From NCBI GenBank assembly GCA_030549845.1, contig JAUQQN010000006.1, positions 1 through 27,553 of the forward strand: a stretch of 27,553 bases of DNA, in the 5' to 3' direction. A program made the translations under genes and the position numbers. This stretch comes from Patescibacteria group bacterium (lineage in GTDB: Bacteria; Patescibacteriota; Minisyncoccia; UBA6257; HR35). Positions 8,822 to 15,830 of the stretch are shown one piece after another; the first letter of the stretch is position 1; each line of letters begins with the position of its first letter. The notes under the pieces were generated by a model. It saw only the letters and a program-made list of their open reading frames with translations, ran no database searches and was not told where the DNA came from.

Positions 8822-9664
8822 ATTAGTACAAAATTTTTATTTTTTGTTTTAATTTTAATTATTGGTTTTTCTTTCTTTTATCACAACATAAAAATTGCTA
8901 AAGAAAATATAAACTTTACTAGAAATAATATTGAAGTTGAAGAAATTTTTTCTATTGGAACCTTAAGTCCAAATAAAATAATAACAGAAGAACCTGAAAT
9001 TTCTCAAACATTAGCTTATAAAATAAACAAAGAAAATCCTAAAATTTTCTCAAAGAAAGAACAAAAAGAAATTGCACAAAGGATTGTTTTACCCAAAAGT
9101 AAGACATTTACTTATGTCGTTAAAAAAGGAGAAACTTTAGAAATTATTTCTAAAAAACTCGGGATAAAGAAATCCGATATTTTAGCCTTGAATAATTTAA
9201 AAAACGAAGATTTTATTAGAGCAGGTCAGAAACTTTTAATTCCAGCAAATAAAGTTACTGTTCAAGGAAAAATTAATACAAAAATCGCTATAAAACCTGT
9301 ATTTGTATCAGCTCTCTCATCTATTGGAAACTTAATTGTTCCTGTTTCTGGTGTAAATCAAAAAAGAATTCATAGCAATAATGGAGTAGATATTAGTGCA
9401 GAATGTGGATCTCCTGTTTATGCAGCAGATTTCGGGATAGTTGTTGAATCATCTGATGGATGGAATGGTGGTTATGGAAATTATATAGTTATTCAACACA
9501 AAGGTTACGAAACCTTATATGGACATCTCTCACAAAGATATGTAGAGGTAGGTGATTATGTAGAAAGAGGAAATTTAATAGGCACAGTAGGAGCAACTGG
9601 TAAAGCAACAGGCTGCCATTTGCATTTTGAAACTAGAGGAATTAAAAATCCCTTAGGGCATTAA
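8822..9664 (+). CDS. membrane-anchored LysM domain + M23 family peptidase (start codon uncertain, possibly AUU at 8822)
   Basis: The track ORF (TTG at 9188) covers only the M23 part, with GYGNYIVIQHKGYETLYGHLS and GCHLHFETRG. The same frame is open back to a TAA at 8810-8812. That upstream stretch encodes KKISTKFLFFVLILIIGFSFFY (TM anchor) and TYVVKKGETLEIISKKLGIKKSDILALNNLKNEDFIRAGQKLLIP (LysM). No ATG, GTG or TTG lies in frame between 8813 and 9187. Confidence 0.7.
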   Translation: MSTKFLFFVLILIIGFSFFYHNIKIAKENINFTRNNIEVEEIFSIGTLSPNKIITEEPEISQTLAYKINKENPKIFSKKEQKEIAQRIVLPKSKTFTYVVKKGETLEIISKKLGIKKSDILALNNLKNEDFIRAGQKLLIPANKVTVQGKINTKIAIKPVFVSALSSIGNLIVPVSGVNQKRIHSNNGVDISAECGSPVYAADFGIVVESSDGWNGGYGNYIVIQHKGYETLYGHLSQRYVEVGDYVERGNLIGTVGATGKATGCHLHFETRGIKNPLGH

Positions 9665-9679
9665 AAACTTTCTTAAAAT

Positions 9680-12604
9680 TTACTTTAACAAAATGTAAGG
9701 AGTGAATGGCTTTTCAAAACTTAATGGTGGGTGAAGGCTTTGAGAAAAATATCGCGTTGAATGTTTAAAAGTTAGATAAATTAATTCACCTTTATTGAAT
9801 TCTTCCAAATTTAAAATGAAATTTCTAGGAATTGTGTAATTAAATGTTCTTCTTAAGTTTTCTTTAGTAGGAACCGCTAGGCCTTTAAAATTTTTTTGAT
9901 AGGCTAAGGTTTTTAAGTAAGAAATAATTTCAGAAAGAACCTGAGTTGAAATATTTTCAATTTGAATGGTATCTATAACCAAATATTTATCACCTTCAGA
10001 ATCCTCTGCTTCGAAAAGATTTATATACCCTCTTGCATATTTTCCTACAAAAATAATGTAGAAATGTTCTTTAGGCTCAAATACTCTTAATATTTCATAT
10101 CTCATTTCAGCTGTACAATCACTCGCAATATATCCCCTGAATAAAGCTAGAAATCGATTATTTATAATACTAACAACCTCTTCCTCTCGTTCAGTAAATA
10201 ATACTTTTCCTATTTCACCTTCAATTTCGTGAGATCTTTTTTCAAAAAACCTTAAAATTTCTTGTGGAATAGGAACATTTTTTCCTTTGAAATATTCAAT
10301 TAAACTCCATCCTTGTTGATAACTATAAAGCAAGCCATCTATTTTGGAGTACATCTCTTCACTTTTTAACCTCGAAATTAACCCAGGGTCAGTTAAGCCA
10401 TAACATTCGAAAAGCCTTTTTAGCCATTCTAGTATATGAGGTTTTATAATTTGTGATTTCTGCAATTCAATTAAAAGAATAGCGATTAAGCCTTCTATAA
10501 TTAATTGTTTATTCTCATATTTTTGTAAAAATTCAAGTATAGAAGGAGGAGTTTCTATTTTTTCAGCAATTAATTTTAAATTCCTTGCTTTAGTAATATC
10601 TAGTTTACTTAATCTTTCCTCTTCTATATTCTCTTTAACAGAAAATTCCTTCCTAAGATTTTCATCTCTTATTGTAATATAACTCATAAGATAGGTAAAA
10701 AGATTTAGCTTGTATTCTTCAAATTGTTCTCCTAAAATATCCTTAATTTCCTCTAAGAAACTGAAATCTAAAAATTTATTAAGATTTTGACTTAGTTCTT
10801 GAATTCTCTGTAATATTAATTCAATATTAATATTTTTATAGTCATAGTTAATTCTATTACCTACAATTGGAGGAAAATCTTCAAAACCCCCTTTTATTTC
10901 AAAAGCTTTATAAGCTCTTTCTAAATGAGAAAGCCTTTCAAAATCCTCAGGAATTTTACCCAATAAATGAGTTAGTAAAACTTTTATATTTTTAGGAGTA
11001 GCTCTTTTTTTAAACCATCCTAATATTTCTTCGAAAAATGTAAACGTTAATTTAGTTCTTATACAATAATTTAAAAGAAAAGCATAAAATAAATTTACAT
11101 CATTTTCATTTTCTAAGTCAGGAACTATACCTTCAAAAAATCTATTAATTCTTTCTTGTTGTTTTTTAATCCATTCTTCTAATTCTTGTTTATTTAGGTT
11201 TAAACAGTATCTAACCCATTCTGGAAATGGTAATAAGTTTTGACTAAATAAATACTCTGCCATATCTAATTCCTCTAACGTAGAAAGTTCAAGCAACATA
11301 TTCAATGTGGAAAGATTTATAACTCCCCTTTTTCTTTTATATTCCTTTTGAGCAATACTGGTTATTTTTTTCAACAATTCATATGCAGTAATAATATCAA
11401 CTGCTAACATTTTTTTAATCATATCATCAAGAAAGTAAAAATAATATGGGGAGTACCATAATTCATCTTGAGTTAATTTATTAAGATGATCAATTAACGA
11501 TATAAAAGGCTCAATCGCTGCTTGTGATTGTAATTGTTTTATAAATTCAATTAAATTGGATGTAAATTTTCTTTTTTTGGCACGCGCTAAGTAATCTAAA
11601 TAATCTTTAAAAACTTCAAGCCCTAAAAGTTGAAGGAGAGTTTTTATCAATTCATTATCAAATTCGTATATTTTTTGTCCTAAATTTAATAATAAGAAAA
11701 TATTTTCAATTACATATGGCTCTTTTGAGGAAGTCAAAATAGATATTAAATCTAGTTTTTTCTCAATAGCTTTTAAAAGAGATATTAAATCATCTGCTCC
11801 AAATTTATAAAAAGGGGAGGTAATTTCGAATAATAAATCTAAAAATTTTCTACAATCATCAATTCTTTTTTCTTCCATCAATTCTATAATGATTGACCAA
11901 GATTTTTTTGTAAATTCTGAAACCGGTTCATCTCTAGCAAAGTTTATATATTCTTCCTCCCCTCTAAATTCATATATAAAAGATTCATATTGTGGATAGA
12001 TTTCAGTGATAAAAACAACAATTAAAGGAAAATCAAGCTTTTTCCAAAATTCATAATTGATTTTTTCAATTATTTCAGTTAAATAATCAGCGCTTTGCCC
12101 ATCACTTATTTCTTCAATCTTTTCCACAAAACTTAAAGAGAGTTTTTTAACTTCATTAGGATCTTCGTTTTTTATATAATCTAAAATTTTTTCTAAAAAT
12201 AATTTCAAGATTTCTGGATGACTTTCCAATGTTTCAATATAGAATATCGCGATTTCATTAAAAATTTCCCGTCTTGTTTCATCTAGATTATTTAGCTCGC
12301 TTATGTCTATTAATTTTTCGAGTTTAAGCCTAAATTGCCTTAAGGATTCTTCTTTAGCTTTTTTAATTCTCTCAAGAGCTTCTTCTTCACTAATTTTAGT
12401 CAAAAATTCAGAGAAAAATTCACCTACGGTACCATCATCAAATTCAACTTTAATTAATACTTTTCTTTCTCCTAAAATATCATCTTCTCGTATTGAAATA
12501 ACGCTTCCTACTTTATTTAATTTTTTGTGTAGTACAAAATCTCCGATCTTAAAAGGGAGCTGTTCTTTTTGAATAAATTTATCAAAAGATTCAAAATTTT
12601 TCAT
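9680..12604 (-). CDS. large hypothetical protein (974 aa), mostly alpha-helical, with an N-terminal small beta-barrel-like segment
   Basis: A long uninterrupted ORF. I trimmed the start to the ATG at 12604 (MKNFESFDKF...) because the track's first 24 codons are the antisense of a tRNA gene. I recognise no catalytic motifs and see no Walker A. Confidence 0.75.
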   Translation of the reverse strand: MKNFESFDKFIQKEQLPFKIGDFVLHKKLNKVGSVISIREDDILGERKVLIKVEFDDGTVGEFFSEFLTKISEEEALERIKKAKEESLRQFRLKLEKLIDISELNNLDETRREIFNEIAIFYIETLESHPEILKLFLEKILDYIKNEDPNEVKKLSLSFVEKIEEISDGQSADYLTEIIEKINYEFWKKLDFPLIVVFITEIYPQYESFIYEFRGEEEYINFARDEPVSEFTKKSWSIIIELMEEKRIDDCRKFLDLLFEITSPFYKFGADDLISLLKAIEKKLDLISILTSSKEPYVIENIFLLLNLGQKIYEFDNELIKTLLQLLGLEVFKDYLDYLARAKKRKFTSNLIEFIKQLQSQAAIEPFISLIDHLNKLTQDELWYSPYYFYFLDDMIKKMLAVDIITAYELLKKITSIAQKEYKRKRGVINLSTLNMLLELSTLEELDMAEYLFSQNLLPFPEWVRYCLNLNKQELEEWIKKQQERINRFFEGIVPDLENENDVNLFYAFLLNYCIRTKLTFTFFEEILGWFKKRATPKNIKVLLTHLLGKIPEDFERLSHLERAYKAFEIKGGFEDFPPIVGNRINYDYKNINIELILQRIQELSQNLNKFLDFSFLEEIKDILGEQFEEYKLNLFTYLMSYITIRDENLRKEFSVKENIEEERLSKLDITKARNLKLIAEKIETPPSILEFLQKYENKQLIIEGLIAILLIELQKSQIIKPHILEWLKRLFECYGLTDPGLISRLKSEEMYSKIDGLLYSYQQGWSLIEYFKGKNVPIPQEILRFFEKRSHEIEGEIGKVLFTEREEEVVSIINNRFLALFRGYIASDCTAEMRYEILRVFEPKEHFYIIFVGKYARGYINLFEAEDSEGDKYLVIDTIQIENISTQVLSEIISYLKTLAYQKNFKGLAVPTKENLRRTFNYTIPRNFILNLEEFNKGELIYLTFKHSTRYFSQSLHPPLSFEKPFTPYILLK

Positions 12605-12619
12605 GATAAAATTACCTTT

Positions 12620-12690
12620 TGCCCCTGCCAGGATTCGAACCTGGATTTCAGCCTCCGCAGGGCTGCGTTCTTCCATTGAACTACAGGGGC
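12620..12690 (-). tRNA. tRNA-Arg (anticodon GCG), no encoded CCA
   Basis: The reverse complement folds as GCCCCUG-UA-GUUC-AAUGGAA-GAAC-G-CAGCC-CUGCGGA-GGCUG-AAAU-CCAGG-UUCGAAU-CCUGG-CAGGGGC-A. The acceptor has 7 perfect bp, and the D, anticodon and T stems are all paired. The T-loop is UUCGAAU, A20 is present, and the discriminator is A. Confidence 0.85.
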
Positions 12691-12707
12691 TTTATTAAAA
12701 TTATATT

Positions 12708-13832
12708 ATGGGTTTTTATTTGTTAAAAACAAGTGAAATTGTTATTAAAGGCAGAAATAGAAAATTTTTTGAAAAAATTTTAATTAATAATCTGAAAGAA
12801 AAACTAAAGAATAAAAGTTTTAAATTAAAAAATCTTGGTGGTGAATTTTTGCTTGAAATAGATGGAAATATTGAAGAAGAATTATCTAAAATTTTTGGAA
12901 TAAATAAAGTTTTAGAAATAAAAATATTTGATAACCTTGATTCTGTAAAAGATTTTTTAAAAAAAGAAGCAAAAGAGAAGGGAATAGGGATTAAATTAAA
13001 AGTAAAAAGAAAAGATAAAGAATTTAATATGACCTCAAAGGAAATTTTTGAATACTTGATGGGTGAATTAAAATATTTTACGAACCAAGCTCCTAAAGAA
13101 ACAAAAGAATACTATTTAATTTATTACAAAAAGAATTTTTTTATCGGGGAAGAAAAATTTAAAGGATATGGAGGGTTGCCGGTAGGTGCAAGTGGCAAAG
13201 GATTAGTATTATTATCAACAGGTTTTGATTCGCCAGTAGCTAGTTTTTTAATGATGAAAAGGGGATTAAAGTTATATTTCTTGCATTTTCATTCTTATCC
13301 ACAAACTTCAATTCAAGATATAGAGAAAGTCAAAAATATTGTACAAGTTTTAGATGAATACAATTTGGGTTCCGAGCTTTATTTAATGAATATTTTAAAT
13401 ATCCAAAAATTTTATTTTAAAAACATACCTTCGAAGTATCTTGTTATATTTTATAGAAGAACAATGTTTAGGTTAGCAACGAAATTAGCTAAGGATAAAG
13501 GAATTAAAGTATTAGTAACTGGCGAAAATTTAGGACAAGTTGCTTCACAAACGATAGATAATTTAAAGACTATTGAAAATGCAACCGACCTTTTAGTTTT
13601 AAGGCCACTTATTGGTTTAAACAAGCAAGAAATAATAAATATGGCCCAAAAAATTGGGACATACGATATATCAAAACTACCTGGCGATGATTGTTGTTCG
13701 TTATTTATTCCCAAGCACCCAGCAACAAAATCTAATTTAAAAGAAATTTTAAAAATAGAAAGTACAATTAAAGATAAAATCGAAGAATTAGAGCAAGAAA
13801 TTTACAAAGAAAAGGAGCTTCTTAAATTTTAA
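12708..13832 (+). CDS. thiI: tRNA 4-thiouridine synthase ThiI (THUMP + PP-loop, no rhodanese domain)
   Basis: GLVLLSTGFDSPVASFLMMKRG is PP-loop-like (SGGxDS variant). ENLGQVASQT and PGDDCCSLFIPKHPATK match the CxxF.PkhP region with the catalytic Cys. The 374-aa length fits the short form. Confidence 0.85.
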   Translation: MGFYLLKTSEIVIKGRNRKFFEKILINNLKEKLKNKSFKLKNLGGEFLLEIDGNIEEELSKIFGINKVLEIKIFDNLDSVKDFLKKEAKEKGIGIKLKVKRKDKEFNMTSKEIFEYLMGELKYFTNQAPKETKEYYLIYYKKNFFIGEEKFKGYGGLPVGASGKGLVLLSTGFDSPVASFLMMKRGLKLYFLHFHSYPQTSIQDIEKVKNIVQVLDEYNLGSELYLMNILNIQKFYFKNIPSKYLVIFYRRTMFRLATKLAKDKGIKVLVTGENLGQVASQTIDNLKTIENATDLLVLRPLIGLNKQEIINMAQKIGTYDISKLPGDDCCSLFIPKHPATKSNLKEILKIESTIKDKIEELEQEIYKEKELLKF

Positions 13833-13860
13833 GCAAAATATAAACGGCACAGCTAAAAAT

Positions 13861-13899
13861 ATTATAAATTTAGAATGCTATAGCATTGTAAAAATAAAA
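13861..13899. repeat. 39-bp repeat copy 1 with 14-bp palindromic core AATGCTATAGCATT
   Basis: ATTATAAATTTAGAATGCTATAGCATTGTAAAAATAAAA is identical to 13963-14001. Its first 27 nt recur inverted at 23616-23642. Confidence 0.9.
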
Positions 13900-13962
13900 C
13901 AAGTTCTTAAATTTTAATAAGAATATAGCTAATTGTAAACTTACCAAAAAAAGAAAAAGTAG

Positions 13963-14001
13963 ATTATAAATTTAGAATGCTATAGCATTGTAAAAATAAA
14001 A
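13963..14001. repeat. 39-bp repeat copy 2 (identical direct copy)
   Basis: Exact 39/39 match to 13861-13899, offset by 102 bp. A degenerate related unit sits about halfway between (13911-13945, ...AAGAATATAGCTAATTGTAAAC...). Confidence 0.9.
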
Positions 14002-14206
14002 TGCGGTTATTCAATTTTACAAAATAATTAAAGAAAGCCACCTTCCTTTACATACCTGGCCAGAGTATAAGTATTTATCTATTGATATTTTTAGTTGTTA
14101 AAAATTTTCTCAAAAGGTTATAAAAGACTTTATGAAATACAATCAATTCGCCAATACTTCAAAAAGTTCGTGAAAATTATAAGAGAAAAATAAATAGGTT
14201 TAAATA

Positions 14207-14234
14207 GGTTCGTAAAAGATATATTTTGCGAACC
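14207..14234 (-). terminator. hairpin downstream of fba (GGTTCGYAAAA inverted repeat)
   Basis: GGTTCGTAAAA-GATATA-TTTTGCGAACC forms an 11-bp stem with one G-U pair, 19 nt beyond the fba stop on the minus strand. It is followed by an AT-rich tract with only a weak U-run. Confidence 0.35.
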
Positions 14235-14252
14235 ATGATAAAATACAATATT

Positions 14253-15113
14253 TCACCCTAACCAGAATAACTTCTGATAAAAAATAATTTTCTTTGTTAT
14301 TTTTTTTACCACTGGATTTAGAATTTTGTATGGAACAATAGATTCTTTTTTTAAACTTTTTTCTAATTCTTTTTTCCAAATATTTCTAAATTCAGTATTA
14401 ATATGAATTATCGAGATACCGTTCTCTATTGCTTTTAAATAATCTTTTTTATTTAAGCCAGAGCCTCCATGTAAGACTAAAGGTACCTTTACTTTTTCTT
14501 TAATTTCTTTTATTCTTTTAAAATCTAATTTTGGTTTTTCAACTAATTTCCCTTTTATCTTAACTCCTTTAGGTATACCATGAACATTCCCAACGGAAAT
14601 TGCTAAAAGATCAACTTTAGTTTTTTTTACAAACTCTTCTGCTATTTCTGGATCAGTAAAGTACTCTTCTTTTAATTCAATAATACCTTCTATATCGGAA
14701 TGACCAGTTAAATATCCTATTTCTCCTTCAATTAAAGTATTTTTATTTTTTTTATTTCTATATTCTACAACTTTTTTGGTTCGTAAAATATTTTCTTGCA
14801 AATTTAACTCACTTCCATCAAATAATACAAAATCAAACTTATAATCAATAGCTTCTTTTGCAGAATTTATACTTTTGCAATGATCTGCGTTTAGAAAAAC
14901 TTTAATCCCCTGCTCTTTTGCTTCATCTATCAAATCTTCAATATAATTGATACCAAAATAATTTCTTTCTCCTTCTGATACGCCAATTATTAAAGGAATT
15001 TTAGTTTCTTTTACTGCCTCAATTCCTGCCTTAAATTGTTCAAAAGTAGAAACATTATAATGAAGTAATGCTCTACCCTTTTTTAATAAATTATTTAATT
15101 CTTCTTTATTCAT
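14253..15113 (-). CDS. fba: class II fructose-bisphosphate aldolase
   Basis: ALLHYNVSTFEQ (N-terminal xxN motif), FLNADHCKS, GEIG, AISVGNVHG, LVLHGGSG and HINTE are class II FBA/tagatose-bisphosphate aldolase signatures. I chose the ATG at 15113 (MNKEEL...) rather than the track's TTG at 15134. Confidence 0.85.
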   Translation of the reverse strand: MNKEELNNLLKKGRALLHYNVSTFEQFKAGIEAVKETKIPLIIGVSEGERNYFGINYIEDLIDEAKEQGIKVFLNADHCKSINSAKEAIDYKFDFVLFDGSELNLQENILRTKKVVEYRNKKNKNTLIEGEIGYLTGHSDIEGIIELKEEYFTDPEIAEEFVKKTKVDLLAISVGNVHGIPKGVKIKGKLVEKPKLDFKRIKEIKEKVKVPLVLHGGSGLNKKDYLKAIENGISIIHINTEFRNIWKKELEKSLKKESIVPYKILNPVVKKITKKIIFYQKLFWLG

Positions 15114-15248
15114 ATTATTTGAATTATACAACAACCTCTTTTAATTACTTTAACTTAATTTTATTTTGTACATTACTATTAGCTAAAATTAAGCATATTT
15201 TTATTTTTATAATTTTATTGGCACAATACACTTAAAGGAGGGATAAGT

Positions 15249-15434
15249 ATGAAGGAAAAATTACTATTATGCCCCAAATGTGGGTATTTTCCTCTTCAGA
15301 AAGAAGAACCTACAAAGAGGTGGGAGGTGGTCAAAGACTATGTTTTGTATCGATGTCCCCAATGCGGCAGGGGATATTTCGTTTATTTACCTTCTTCCCA
15401 TACTTCCCACAACAAACCTAAGAAAAAACCATGA
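15249..15434 (+). CDS. zinc-ribbon mini-protein (61 aa), GC-richer cassette 1
   Basis: The SD AAAGGAGGG (15234-15242) lies 6 nt before the ATG. The protein has two CPxC knuckles (CPKC...CPQCGRGYFVYL) and a basic tail. A hand count gives about 40% GC with many G/C-ending codons. A strong terminator follows. Confidence 0.65.
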   Translation: MKEKLLLCPKCGYFPLQKEEPTKRWEVVKDYVLYRCPQCGRGYFVYLPSSHTSHNKPKKKP

Positions 15435-15453
15435 ACTTTAAACTTAAGTTTTT

Positions 15454-15489
15454 AAGCCCTGGTTAGAAATAGCCAGGGCTTTTCTTTTT
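15454..15489 (+). terminator. intrinsic terminator of cassette 1
   Basis: AAGCCCTGG-(10 nt loop)-CCAGGGCTT followed by TTCTTTTT. Confidence 0.8.
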
Positions 15490-15597
15490 ATGAATCATTA
15501 GGTTCGCAAAATTTATTCTAAGTTATCCACATTTATGCTTTTGAGGCTTAATTTTTAATTTAAAATTTTTTAAACCCTATAAAAGGAGGTGAGAAGT

Positions 15598-15804
15598 ATG
15601 GAGGAAGAATTATATGAAGTTGAAAAAATTGAACCTAGGTGTCCGGACTGTCTTAGATTGTTAAATATGATAGGTATCGTAAAGGATACTACTATTCCAG
15701 TGTATGAATGCCCCAACTGCAATAGGGTCTTCCTTGTTATCTCCTCCAGTTACCTCGTTGAAATCAAGTATCCATCTTTAAAGTATCTAGCGGCAAAGCT
15801 GTAA
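15598..15804 (+). CDS. zinc-ribbon mini-protein (68 aa), GC-richer cassette 2, paralog-like to cassette 1
   Basis: The SD AAAAGGAGGTG (15581-15591) lies 6 nt before the ATG at 15598. The track's GTG start at 15589 sits inside the SD. The protein has CPDC...YECPNCNRVFLVI, a TAAAAT box sits at 15561-15566, and a terminator follows. Confidence 0.65.
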   Translation: MEEELYEVEKIEPRCPDCLRLLNMIGIVKDTTIPVYECPNCNRVFLVISSSYLVEIKYPSLKYLAAKL

Positions 15805-15830
15805 AGCTGTAGATTAATTTCTCCTTCTTT

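Noticed and set aside
12605-12676. N-terminal 24 codons of the track's 998-aa ORF (MEERSPAEAEIQVRILAGAKGNFI).
   Set aside because: This stretch is the antisense of a perfect tRNA-Arg cloverleaf, and the next in-frame ATG at 12604 gives a sensible start. The extension is an ORF-caller artefact.
13875-13888. The palindrome AATGCTATAGCATT acting as an intrinsic terminator.
   Set aside because: As RNA it gives only a 5-bp A/U-rich stem with a UAUA loop, and no U-run follows on either strand. A protein-binding or recombination role is more plausible.
13861-14001. Possible CRISPR array (identical 39-bp repeats with a palindromic core).
   Set aside because: There are only two exact copies. The 63-bp 'spacer' itself contains a degenerate copy of the repeat. 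No cas genes are in the window. The third copy lies 9.6 kb away in inverted orientation.
15219-15236. TGGCAC upstream of cassette 1, resembling a sigma54 -24 element.
   Set aside because: The required GC of the -12 element, 10 nt after the GG, is TT here (TGGCACAATACACTT). This is not a sigma54 promoter.
15523-15531. Perfect DnaA box TTATCCACA, suggesting a replication origin.
   Set aside because: It is a single consensus box. The other near-matches I saw (about 8685, 11990 and 12120) are scattered inside coding regions, and there is no cluster, dnaA or dnaN nearby. One chance hit in 27 kb of AT-rich sequence is plausible.
15589-15597. GTG starts proposed by the track at 15589 (cassette 2) and 22255 (cassette 4).
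   Set aside because: Both GTGs are the last three bases of the GGAGGTG Shine-Dalgarno itself. A start codon 6 nt further downstream (ATG 15598, GTG 22246) fits the spacing seen in the other cassettes.
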